A stretch of DNA of 64,000 nucleotides from Salpingoeca rosetta (GCA_033442325.1 JAWQFM010000034.1:1-64000); one strand, 5' to 3'; counted from the stretch's first letter, positions 12,453-24,864 are shown. Translations and numbers: made by a program. The notes: generated by a model from the letters alone, not told the origin.

Positions 12453-15400
12453 ATGTCCGGCGGAGAGAAGAGAGCGAGGGAGGAGGTGGAGGCGTTGCTG
12501 GCGCAGACGAAGCTGAAGGATGGGGTGAAGGAAGAGATCAGGGCCATCGCCAACAACACGTGTGGGGACAATGTGGGGTGAGTGCAAAAGCAACCAAAAC
12601 GACGTGTTGGAACATGCATGCATGTGTTGGAGAGAAGGACACTTCTTGTGGTTGTGCTTATTCTCCCCTCTCTCTGCTGCTTGGCTTGTCCTTGTGTTGC
12701 AATGAGCTTGGTGTGGCTTGCTGTTGGGTGTTCACGTGTACGTGTCCTGTCCCCTCGCACCGCCTGGACACACTGTGTGTGTTTGTGTGTGTTTGTGGCA
12801 GGTTGTGACTGGCACCCTCATGTTTTTGCTCTCTTTATCCTCATTATTCTTGCTCATTTCATGACACACACCATTCATTTGTAATTACAGCTTGGTTGGT
12901 GCTGGCCTCGGCGACATTGAGGCGCGTGCAGTGGCTGAGGCGCTCAAGGACAACACTTGCCTCAAAGCACTCGAGTGCGTGGTTATGATGAATCTGCATC
13001 GTGTGACATGCATGGTTGATTGGGGTGGCGGTGTTGCATGTTGCACCCCTTTCTCCTCTCCTGCTGGCGCATGTTTGGACGTGTGTTCACCGTCGCTCCC
13101 TGCGGTTCTTGTGTGTCTGCACAGCCTGTGGGGCAACTCCATCGGTCCTGAGGGCGCTGTGGCGTTGGCGGAGATGTTGAAGCACAACACGACCCTCGAA
13201 AGACTCGAGTGCGTGTGTACACGCACACACGCACACACATGTATGCTGCGTCACTGCCGTTGCACCTTTATTACGTACACATGTGCCCATGTGTGGTTGA
13301 TGACTGTGTTGCCACCCACAGCAATCATCATCACGCACTCACTCTGACTTCCTCACTCACGTGGCATCATCGCCCTGCGTGACAATACACCAACTTGACA
13401 GCCTGTTTGGCAATGACATCGGCCCTGAGGGCGCCGTGGCGTTGGCGGAGATGCTGAAGCACAACACGACCCTCGAAAGACTCGAGTGCGTGTGTACACG
13501 CACACACGCACACACATGTATGCTGCGTCACTGCCGTTGCACCTTTATTACGTACACATGTGCCCATGTGTGGTTGATGACTGTGTTGCCACCCACAGCA
13601 ATCATCATCACGCACTCACTCTGACTTCCTCACTCACGTGGCATCATCGCCCTGCGTGACAATACACCAACTTGACAGCCTGTTTGGCAATGACATCGGC
13701 CCTGAGGGCGCTGCAGCGTTGGCGGAGATGCTGAAGCACAACACGGCCCTCAAACAACTCTAGTGAGTGTGTACACGCACACATGCACACATGTATGCTG
13801 CGTCACTGCCGTTGCACCGTATCACGTGCACATGTGTGGCTGGTGGGGTGGGGTTCAACGACTGTGTTGCCACCCACAGCAATCATCATGCTCTTCCTCA
13901 CCCATGTGGCATCATCCCCCTGTGTGGCATCATACCATCTTGACAGCCTGGGAGGCAACCGCATCGGTCCTGAGGGCGCCGTGGCGTTGGCGGAGATGCT
14001 GAAGCACAACACGACCATGACATTGCTCGCGTGAGTGTGGACACGCACACACACACATGTATGCTGCGTCACTGCCGTTGCACCTTATCATGCGCACATG
14101 TGTGGTTGATGACTGTGTTGCCACCCACAACAATCATCATCACTCACTCACTCACTCTTCCTCACCCATGTGGCATCATCCCCCTGTGTGGCATCCACCA
14201 TACCGTCTTGACAGCCTGTACAACAACCGCATCGGCCCTGAGGGCGCCGTGGCGTTGGCGGAGATGCTGAAGCACAACACGACCCTCGAAAGACTCGAGT
14301 GCGTGTGTACACGCACACACGCACACACATGTATGCTGCGTCACTGCCGTTGCACCTTTATTACGTACACATGTGCCCATGTGTGGTTGATGACTGTGTT
14401 GCCACCCACAGCAATCATCATCACGCACTCACTCTGACTTCCTCACTCACGTGGCATCATCGCCCTGCGTGACAATACACCAACTTGACAGCCTGTTTGG
14501 CAATGACATCGGCCCTGAGGGCGCTGTGGCGTTGGCGGAGATGCTGAAGCACAACACGACCATGACAGGGCTGGGGTGAGTGTGTACACGCACACATGCA
14601 CATGTATGCTGCGTCACTGCCTGTTGCACCTTTATCATGTGCACGTGTGTGGTGGAGTGGGTTCAACGACTGTGTTTCCACCCGCAGCGATCATCCCGCA
14701 CGCACCCTTCCTCACTCATATGGCATCATGGCCCTGTGTGGCTTCATACCATCTTGACAGCCTGAGCAACAATTCAATCGGCGATGAGGGCGCTGTGGCG
14801 TTGGCGGAGATGCTGAAGCACAACACGGCCCTCAAAAGACTCTAGTGAGTGTGTACATGCACACACACATGTATGCTGCGTCACTGCCGCTGCACCTTAT
14901 CACGTGCACATGTGTGGTTGATGACTGTGTTGCCACCCACAACAATCATCATCACGCACTCACTCACTCTTCCTCACCCATGTGGCATCATCCCCCTGTG
15001 TGGCATTATACCATCTTGACAGCCTGTACAACAACCGCATCGGCCCTGAGGGCGCCGTGGCGTTGGCGGAGATGCTGAAGCACAACACGACCCTCGAACG
15101 ACTCGGGTGAGTGTGTACACGCACACACACACATGTATGCTGCGTCACTGTCGTTGCACCTTATCATGTGCACATGTGTGGTGTGGTGGGGTGGGGTGCA
15201 ACGACTGTGTTGCCACCCACAACGATCATCATCACGCTCTTCCTCACTCACGTGGCATCATCGCCCTGCGTGGCATCATACCGTCTTGACAGCCTGGGGG
15301 CCAACTCCATCGGCCCAAGGGGCGCCGCGGCGTTGGCGGAGATGCTGAAGCACAATACGACCATGACATCACTCTTGTGAGTGTGTCCACGCACACGTGC

Positions 15401-18400
15401 ACATGTAGATGGAAATGGGCTGCGTTGCTGCCGTGCTGTCACTGCCGCCGCTCAAACCAGTTGCAAGCAAGCAGGGCGTATTCCTGCCTGCAACAGTGAC
15501 CCGCTTCGTTCCTGTTGCCAACTCACCTGTTTCTCCATCTCATCCAACAGCATTTCCCACAATGGTATCACGGAGCGTGGCATGGTGAACGTGCTGAAGC
15601 AGCTGCAACACATTGACGCCAAGGCCAAGATTCTGTGAGTTTCGTGTGCTTGCGACCTTGCTCCACCCACATGCACCGAATCAATTTCAGTTCAAGTTCT
15701 TTCATCTCACATTCCCTCTTCACGGCATCACAGGCTGTTTGAGGACAAGCTCAAATCCTCCACTGCCGTTGCCCGTGCACTGGCCACGCTCCGCACCAAG
15801 CGGCCACACCTCCACGTCGTCTACAGCCTGTGAGTTCATACAGAGTGCTGCGTCAGGCGTGCTCTTGTTAAAACCACCCGTCTCATCCCCATCTTCTTGC
15901 CTCCGTTCACGCTGCATTATTCTTCTCCTCAGGTACGACGGAACAGAGGACGACTTCAGCCCTGCCGCCAAGGCCGCCTACCAAGACCAGCTCGATCTTC
16001 TCAGGCTGCTAGAAACAGGCTCCGTTCCTCTGGAGACAGCAAAAGTGTTCGTGTGCGGCCATGGTGGCATTGGCAAGACGACCATGATCGAGTCGCTCCC
16101 AGGTGCTGATGAGGCCAGCGGCTACCTTTCCCGATTCCTGTCATCTTGGTTCGGGCAGCCACGTCACGATCCAGAACAGCCTGGTGCGCGCACACCCGGC
16201 ATTCGGGTCTGTGAAATGAAGCTCAAAGACTCCAGCCGTGCCAATGATGAAGCCGCCTCTCTCCGCGTGTACGATTTTGGCGGGCAGCTCGCATATCACG
16301 TGATCCACACGCTGATGATGTCGGATCGCTTCGCTGCGTTTGTCGTCTGCGTCGACCTGTCTGAGCCGGAAGAACATGTGAAGGAGCGCGCCAACTACTG
16401 GCTGCAGTTCATCTGCACACGACTGAAGCAGGGCATGGCAGCCGCGACAGCAACGGCAGACGGGGATGCCATGGAAGAGATGAGGCCGCGTGTGCTCATT
16501 GTGGGCACCAAGAGGGATCTTGCTCGCAAGAAGAGACTTGTGGATGAACATGGCCAGCCACCGTGGGGTGCAGCGATGGTCGCACACTTGAAGACCACGT
16601 ATGGCAGCATCGTTGACATCCAAGACAGCCTCATCTCCCTCAACTGTCATCAGGGTGGTGAAGCCGGGTTTGATGTGCTCCGGTCACGCCTTGTGCGACA
16701 CTGGCGATGGCTGAGAGGGCGTGAGCTTCTCGTCCCCAGAGTTGTGGATCTACTTGCCACAACCCTTCGACCAGCCAGGGAGGAGAAACGAGTGTGGGCC
16801 ATCGATGCGCTCTTTCAGTTAACCCTATCCCGCGCACCTGGACTCGATTTGACATCCTTCGACATGGCCATGTTTTCGTCTGCCTTAAGGTACTCTGTCA
16901 TCAAGACTTCGCAGATCTGTCATCCGTGGTGTGTAATCAGCTAACTGACTTGAGTACCAGTGCAAGAATTCTCACCCCTCCTCCGTTGCTACCTATGCTT
17001 CCCACACATGTACACAGGTACCTCCACACGCGCGGCGATCTGCTCTGGTACTCCAACAACTCCACCTTACAGGATTTCGTCTTTGTTGACCCGAACTGGC
17101 TGTTACATGACGTGTTGGGGAGAGCGCTGACGCCGGATGGCGTGCAGCAAGGCTCGATCACAAAGAAAGGGGTCGTGACATTCACGGACCTGGAGACCGC
17201 ATTCCGAGGCATCGCCGACGCAGATCTCGTCATCAACGTGCTGCAGCACACGCTCCTCTGCTTCGAGCTGCTGCCTTCAGACGATGGCCAACGGCGATTC
17301 ATGCTGCCGAGCCGCGTTGAGAAGAAGGTCGATCTCGCAACCGCCTGGCCTCAAGCTGGTTTCTGGCCTCTCTATGCCGGACGACTGCTGGTGGTCGAGA
17401 GCAAGGCACTTGCGCTGCCACCTGGCTTCTTCCCGCACGTGCAGACGCTGTTGCACAGGTCTTTTGGCGCAACGCTGAAGGTGTGGCCAGACGCCTTTTT
17501 CTGTGAACACGATGCTGTGCAGTGCCTTGGACTACTGCGGGGCGATCGAGAAGTCGACGTCTGGGTGCGGGCACCTTCTGGCGCAGAGCACAAGGCCCTG
17601 CCATTCATGACACAGGTCGGTTTGTGAGCGATTATGAGTGCTTGTGGGCATGTGTGTTGTGTGTGTGAGCTTGCGTTGTTGTGCCCATCGCTTGTCAGCA
17701 GATGATCAGCTTCCATCTTTCACCCTCATCCCATCCTCTGCTCACTTGCGTGTTGATGGCAGGTGCTGTCTGTGCTACAAGGGGAAGCAAGAGGGATTGA
17801 CCACGTCCACCTTGTTCTCAGCACGAAACGCCTGAAGTGCCACGAGCAGTACCCAGCCGCTCACAAGCTCGAGGATCTGACGGACAAGGGCCCAGACGAG
17901 CTCGTCACGTCCACGCACCACAGGGAAGGCCAGACCCCAGTGTCCGACCGCGTTGGCGATCTGTTGCTGCAGGCGCCCACGCAACCACCACCCATCATGC
18001 CGTCTTGGCAATTGCGCGACCACGAATGGCACCACCCTGCTTGGCGGCTTGATGACACCTTTGATGAGCAGCTCCCGTGGAGCGGACCGAGCTCGCATGG
18101 CGTGTATTCGGCACCCTTGCCACCAAACACCGACCTCTATCGATGGATAGAGAGCCAGATGACGCCGGGCCTCACCCTGTCGCGCGTGGAGATGACCAAG
18201 TCCACCACGATGCTGCGGGCGTTTCAGACGCAAGTGGAGCGGTCAGCGACGCGTCGTGGTGATCCAGACCCTGCAAATCCCTTCAACAAGGACTTTGGAC
18301 TTGGTGATCCAGAGAAGAAAGCCATGCTTCATCGGCTCAGGACGCTGTTTGCAAAAACACGCACCGGCTTGAAGCACGTCAACGTGCTCATCGGTTTCCA

Positions 18401-18881
18401 CGGGTGTGCAGAAGATGTCGCTGACAGCATCACCGCGTGTGGGGCAGCGAACTTCAGCAGCCCGGGCGACCGTGGCTTCTTCGGATCTGGCATCTACCTC
18501 ACACCGCAGACAAGCTATGCCGCAGGGTACTCCACGCGTGTTTTGTTGAATGGTGATTTGCGCTCACCAAACTCAAATGACGAGCACGTGATGCTCCTGT
18601 GCGCTGCCAGCGTTGGCCTGGCATACCCGATCACCCGGGCCGCAGATTACCCCCATGGCTCGAATGAATGCTCCTACTATGGGAAGCCTTTTGATGAAAG
18701 CCAAGACACCCACTATGCGCAGGTGACACGCGCCACCAACTTACAGGCCACGCCCACACCTGGCACGTTTGCCTTTGAGGAGTACGTCGTTTCGCAAGAG
18801 GCGCAGGTCCTCCCATTTGCCAAGGTGTTCGTGAAGGTGGACATGGACGCCTATTTGTCGCACTTGTCAACCCTGCCATGA
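12453..18881 (+). CDS. ROCO-family protein: 11 RI-type LRRs - Roc GTPase - COR - PARP-like ADP-ribosyltransferase domain (~1272 aa, 16 exons)
   Basis: Exons: 12453-12577; eleven 84-nt exons starting 12891, 13125, 13402, 13679, 13947, 14215, 14492, 14761, 15023, 15293, 15551; 15734-15829; 15933-16889; 17018-17615; 17763-18881. All introns are GT-AG and the total of 3819 nt is in frame. Roc motifs: GHGGIGKTT, TPGI, YDFGGQLAYHVIH, IVGTKRD. COR-like: LRYLHTRGDLLWY...FVFVDPNWL. ART motifs: IGFHG, GFFGSGIYLT, MLLC, EEYVVSQEAQVLP. Confidence 0.9.
13125..15376 (+). repeat. Tandem array of ~262-277-bp exon+intron units (9 near-identical 84-nt LRR exons)
   Basis: Core GGCGCYGYRGCGTTGGCGGAGATGYTGAAGCACAAYACG recurs 9 times. 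Introns 13209-13401, 13486-13678 and 14299-14491 look identical by eye (193 nt each). Confidence 0.95.
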
Positions 18882-19488
18882 ACACCAAGAGTGGAGACGA
18901 TGTCATTCACATGCAACCTTTGTTGTTGTTGTGTGTGTGTGTGTGCGTGCGTGCTTGTGTGTGCGTGCGCGCGTGTGCGTTTGTGCCTGTGGTGGTTGGC
19001 AGCTTCGTACTTCCGCCAATTGTCTTGCACATGTTTTTGCGTTTGCGTTCATGCACAGCCTCCGTTCCCGTGTGTTTGCTGTTTCCTTTCGTTCCTACAG
19101 TGGTCATGCTGTTCCTTCTCATACCAGCCTGTTGCCACCGAGTTCCTTCTGCATTTGAATCCTGTTCAGTTACCACCACACATGTTTCCGCGTTACCGTT
19201 GCTTTGGGCCCAATACACGGTCCTCTGAACTTCGTGATCGTCTCGCCCCCATTGTAATCTTGATACCAATGTACAAATGCCCCCCCCCCTTCTCAATCCC
19301 CCTTCCCCCAGATTCATGCACTAATAACGCAAGCATTGCGAATCAACTGAAGCATCGATGAAATACAACAAGACAAAGCGATGGCTGCAGCCACGCACGC
19401 TTGCAGCAGCACTGCAACAACAACAACAACAACAAAGCACCACTAACAACCACCCAACACAATCGTACAACCCCCCTCTTCACCCACA

Positions 19489-20844
19489 TCAATGCAAGTA
19501 GACGGGGATCTGGCAGATGAAGGGGCGCTTGAGTTCACACTGGATGTCCTTTGGCACTGCCATGGCCCTGGACTGTCTGCTCCGAAACATGAGCGCGGGG
19601 CAGTTGAAGCGACACTCGCTGCGGGCTGTCGTTGGCGTCCACGGTCCAAACGCCAACGTCTCGGACGGGTTGGCTACACCACCGTCGCCTGCAAGACTGG
19701 CAGGCAGGTATGTCTCGATCCACGCCTGCGTGTGCAGTTCTGTATCTTCACTGCCACCCACAGCACGCGTCGCGTTGCGCGCCAGCTTCGCCACGTGGTC
19801 GCTGACAACATGTGATTGAACGATGGCAAGGAAGCCGCCTCGTGACGCGCATGCACTTGTTGCCTCAAACCACGTTGCAGGGGAGTCGGCCACTGCCTCG
19901 TACCGGTACCCAGCGAATACGGTTGTCGTGGTTGTGGTCGTGGTCGTCGTGGTGGTTGTTGTTGTGGTAGTAGTGGTCGAATCGAAGATGAAGGTGACAA
20001 TCACGCTGCCGGTGAGCTGGACTGGGTCCTCCAGCGTGCCACGCACGATGACGGAGTAAGCCACGCCAAACTGCAGTTCCCGCTGCAACAGAATGTCGAC
20101 CCCGCTGTTGGTGAGGTAGAAGTACTCGCTGTCCGGTCCGCCGAGCGTGTAGTCGAAATCGTGCCGCTCCAGGCCGAGGCCAAAGTCACGAAGCGCGGGC
20201 ATGCGGAACACGCCCTTGCCGACGACGTTATCGCGTGCAGAGAGCGATACAGTGTATGTGGCATCCCCAACGAACAGCGAGTTGGTGACGACGACTCGGT
20301 AGGAGACGGTGTCGTTTGGGTTGTCGGAGCGGCTGCGCACACCAATGTACACCAGGTCCGACGAATCCGTGTTGTTCACAAGCACGGCCTTTACGGGGGC
20401 GTCCCCCTCCACAGAGGCGTCGTTGTTGAAAGGGCCAGGACTGTCATTACCCGACACATACAAATCGCTGCGTTGGAGGGTGGTGTGCGAGTGAGTGTGA
20501 GTGTGTGTTTGTGAGTGTGTGATTGAGTGAGTGTGTGTGTGAGAGGATGGCTGTGTGATTGGCTGTGGGAGGATCGTTGCGTGCACCGTACCGCAATACG
20601 CCGCGGGCATGACCAAGAGTGGCACCACGTACTCGTGTACACAACGGCCAGCGACCAAGCATTGAAGCGAGCAAGCAATTTCGCGTACACCGCTGTCATT
20701 GCAAGTCGGTTCGGTGGCCACTCACGTATCGCCGGAGAGCTGCTCGATGTAGATGAGGACATCGTCAGTCAGGTCCTGCAGGTTTGGTTGGAAATAGCGG
20801 ATCTCGCCCGGGGCAGTCTCGTTCACCATTATCTGCCGCCGCAA

Positions 20845-20930
<86 letters not shown>

Positions 20931-21367
20931 AACGTGTTCGTGTGAACATGTGTAGTTGCGTGTACATGTGAGGGCACTTTCAGAGTACTACATGAACAAC
21001 CCCACTGCCTCCTCACGCTTCACAACGCACACCCTCACCCCCAAGCCACAACCGTACGTCTTGTGTCGCAGAGACGGTGGCGGCGCGGTCGCAGTTTGCG
21101 CGGGAAATGGCTGCAGCCAGCGTTCCGAATTCGCTGAAGGTGGAGATGAAGACGACGTTGCTGGTGATGGGCGGGCTGGCGATTTCGTTCAACTCGTTCT
21201 CGTTGGCACCGGCAATGCCTTTATGTCGGGTGCCCAAACATGCGGCAAGCGATGTACGCACGTGAGAGTGTGAAAGTAAATGCTGAGCCAGTCGCTGCGC
21301 GCCCACGAGTAGTCACACGCAAACAAGGCAAGAAGACACATTACACGCACTCACTCACACACACGCA

Positions 21368-21432
<65 letters not shown>

Positions 21433-21930
21433 GCACTCACACGCACTCACACACGCACTCACACACACAGCCATCCCTCCTCCATTTCACATGCTTACAC
21501 ACCAATGGCGTAGAGCGTCACTCCTTCGTCACGGAGCTGCTGTGCAGGGGCGGCCACGTCATCGGCAGATGCGCCGTCTGTGATGACCATGGCAACACGC
21601 GGGATACCCTCGCTGCTGGGGCGGACCTGGGCACAGACAAAACGAAAAGAGGGGACAAGTGAGCAAGTTTGACAACGCTGGGTTCTTCCGGCACATGATC
21701 GACAGTTGGTGAGTGCAAGGCATGCAGCGAAGTCAATCGCGCAAAAAGCACACACCCTCACACGCACAAACACACAAACACTCACGCCTCTATCAGCGGT
21801 GAACATGACGGTACGCGCGTAGTCGAGGGCACCACCAGTCCTCGTACCGCCTGTGATGCGAGCGCGTAGCGCAACATGCATACAGTGAGTACCCGAAGCA
21901 CCCACTTATGTGCCCTTCGCTAACACAATA

Positions 21931-21973
<43 letters not shown>

Positions 21974-23176
21974 CACACACACACCAGACACCAACCATAC
22001 GGATAGTTGATTGCGCTGATGGCGTCGAGCAGCTCGTCTTTGGTGTGCGTGAGGATGTAGTTGAAGTCGAATATGAGGTAGTTGTAGGACGCGTACACCA
22101 TCACGGCAATGCGTGTCGTGTCCGCCGACACGTCGAAGAACGTCGCAACCTGGAGGGCATTGTAAAGGCGCATTGTTGTGTCCACAACCAGGAGCACAGA
22201 GAGGTAATATGCGGGGAGTTGAGCTTGAGTACCCCCACATGCACGCGCACACATACACACACACACAAACACGCACGCACACATACATACACATACATAC
22301 ACATACATACACATACATACACCTACCGTGCGAGTGAAGGAGAGCATAGTCTGGAAGTTGGAGGAACCAACAGAACCTGACCCGTCGAGGATGAAGAGGA
22401 GGTCTGCTGCGGCGTTGCCACACGTCATTTTCGGAACGCTGACGTGCACGTAATTGTCTGAGCCAATGTCATTTGGAACGGACACAAAGTCAAAGCCAGC
22501 GTCGACACACGCCTGTGCCAATGTGGCAAGGCGGGACGCCGTTGCTGCTGACCCGTCCGCTTGATACCGAAGTCGAAGTGCGCGGCCCACGTCCAGCAGG
22601 TTTGGCGCGCGCACCGCCACTTCTGGCCGTGGCGTGAATCCGTCAACGACAACAATTGTTTCCGTGCTCACAACATCAAGGCTGAGCAGCAGCTGTGCCA
22701 TGTAGTCGGTCATGCGCTTGAACGTCTCATCCTGAAACGCCACGTTTCCCTGTACACAGGAAGTAGGTACGTGCGTGCGTGTGTGCGTGTGTGAGAGAGA
22801 GAGAGAGAGTGTGTGTGTGTGTGTGTGCCTATGTTTGTAAGGCTTGTTTGTGTGTCTGCAACAATGCAACACGGTTCTCGTTCATGCACACGCATGTCAG
22901 ACGCACTCACCCACAAACACACACACATGTACACATACACCACACACACACACACACACCACACACGCACACACTCACTGATGTTTCGTAGACGACAAGG
23001 TCGTTGTATTGCGCGGTGCCTGTGTCAATGTAGTCCACCGCGACTCCACACACTTCAGCCTCTGTGGTGTCGCTTGGGTGTGATTCACCAGGTGCAAGCC
23101 CGTGCGCCCCTTGTCCAATATGAAGCAGCAGCGCAGCGCCAGCGAGTACCAGTGCACCAGGCACAGTCGCCACCAT
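19489..23176 (-). CDS. Secreted Hedgehog-N (Hedge) domain - vWA - beta-sandwich - cadherin-like - Thr-rich linker - C-type lectin protein (multi-exon)
   Basis: Signal peptide MVATVPGALVLAGAALLLHIGQGAHG (exon 23176-22979). Hedge-like segment in exon 22749-22327: VAFQDETFKRMTDYMAQLL...VGRALRL...LATLAQACVDAGFDFV...YVHVSV. vWA: DLLFILDGSGSVG...GGTRTGGAL...VITDG. Poly-Thr linker near 19920-19980. CTLD: TWFEATSACASRGGFLA...DIQCELKRPFICQ, then stop; no TM segment. Confidence 0.82.
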
Positions 23177-23512
23177 TGTTGGGTCTTGCGCTCAGAGGTC
23201 CTGCTTCTCTTGACAACCTGGGGTGGCTGTAAGTCGTGTGTGAGATTCGATATTGGGGGTGTTGTGCTGTACGCCTCACGCGTTAACAGTGTATGGAATC
23301 CGTATGACATCATCGCTCCTCCTCTCGATTTTCGATTGCTCGATGTACACATACGCCCAGCAACAGCTTCGCACGTACAGCAACAACTACACACACATAC
23401 ACACAGATACACACACACACATACACATACACAACTACACACACACATACACACACATACACACATATACACACAACCCAGCTGCATCAGCCCCTCGCCC
23501 CACAACTTCAAC

Positions 23513-24778
23513 ATGGACGCGAGTGGCAATGTGCCTGTGCGACAGGGAGCGCGAATGCGCAAGATGCTCCTGTTGTGCGGCGCGGGCCTCGTGGCTGCAG
23601 TTTTGTTGGTGGCTGTCCCCATTGACTTTGGCGGTGGCAGCAACAACAGCGACAACAGCGCGTCGGGTGCAGCGTCGAGCAGCGACAACACCAACAGCAA
23701 CACCGACACAAACACGGCGACCGGGCTATCTGGTGCCGGCTCTGCTTCTACAACGCAGTCATGTACGCGCGTGTACGATGGCGTTCTCGATTGCTCCAAT
23801 GCCACGTCCCGGCGGCTGGTGAGCGAAAGTGGCGCCTGCGCTGTCGCGTCCGTGGTGGAGTGCTGCTGCGACGAGTTCTACGCGCTGGAACTTGTGCTGG
23901 GTTCCATTGCCGTGTCGAGGAACACCACGGAGCTGCAGTTTGGTGATGTGCAGTACGTCGGAGGGGATGTGGTTGTCCCTGGCTCTTACTACGACACTGG
24001 CGTGTTGGTGTCTGCGGCGTTTGAGGCGCTGCAGTTTGTTGGCGGGGACGTACAGATGGTCTTCAACCACGTGACCCAGGTAAGCACTGGGCAGCTCACA
24101 AACCTCAACGGCTCGCTCCTGCTGGCCTACAACGACATCACCAGCTTCGACTTTGGCGGCCTGAGCATTGTCAACGGTGACGTGGACCTGAGCAACAACG
24201 CGCTGACGACCATTGACTTTGGCGCTCTCACGCGCGTGGAAGGCGACGTCGACCTCGCCTACAACCGCCTGACGAACATTGACACCTTCGCCCGCCTGCG
24301 CACCATTGCCGGCCGCCTCGACCTCAGCTCAAACCGGCTCACGAAGCTCGTCGTGGACACACTGCCGAACACCATCGACGAAGGCGCGTCCTATGCCTGC
24401 AACGCTGTGTCGCGGCTTGACTGGTCTGGCGTGTTCAGCACCACGGGCCTGTGCCTTGCTGGCAATGACCTGACATCACTGGAACTCGGGTACACACGAC
24501 GAATCGATGGGTCGCTGAATCTCGAAGACAATGACATCGCCAGCATTGACTTTGGGTTCCTCACCACCATTGACGGCAGCCTGGTTGTTTCGAATAACGA
24601 CTTGGCTGCCGTGGACATGTTCTCGCTTGCGTCTGTCACAGGCTCTCTCCGCATCAGCGGCAACCCATCCCTTGTCGCGTTTGACTGCAGCGATGTTGGC
24701 GAGTGCGTGTGTCCGGGCTTCAAGGGTCCCCTCACACGCTGTCCTGCATTCTGTGCTACCTGCCCCACCTACAACTGA
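23513..24778 (+). CDS. Intronless N-terminally anchored/secreted LRR (receptor-L-domain/Ecm33-like) protein, ~421 aa
   Basis: Hydrophobic segment MLLLCGAGLVAAVLLVAVP, a Ser/Asn/Thr-rich stalk and Cys caps. About 9 repeats of ~22 aa with consensus NxLTxIDFGxLxxIxGxLxLxx. Confidence 0.8.
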   Translation: MDASGNVPVRQGARMRKMLLLCGAGLVAAVLLVAVPIDFGGGSNNSDNSASGAASSSDNTNSNTDTNTATGLSGAGSASTTQSCTRVYDGVLDCSNATSRRLVSESGACAVASVVECCCDEFYALELVLGSIAVSRNTTELQFGDVQYVGGDVVVPGSYYDTGVLVSAAFEALQFVGGDVQMVFNHVTQVSTGQLTNLNGSLLLAYNDITSFDFGGLSIVNGDVDLSNNALTTIDFGALTRVEGDVDLAYNRLTNIDTFARLRTIAGRLDLSSNRLTKLVVDTLPNTIDEGASYACNAVSRLDWSGVFSTTGLCLAGNDLTSLELGYTRRIDGSLNLEDNDIASIDFGFLTTIDGSLVVSNNDLAAVDMFSLASVTGSLRISGNPSLVAFDCSDVGECVCPGFKGPLTRCPAFCATCPTYN

Positions 24779-24829
24779 CTGTGTGTGTTTGTGTTTGTGT
24801 GTGTGTGTGTGTGTTTGTGTTTACGTGTG

Positions 24830-24864
<35 letters not shown>

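Noticed and set aside
13125-15376. CRISPR-like appearance (conserved core with regular spacing)
   Set aside because: The cores are spliceable LRR exons and the 'spacers' are homologous GT-AG introns; eukaryotic context with no cas genes.
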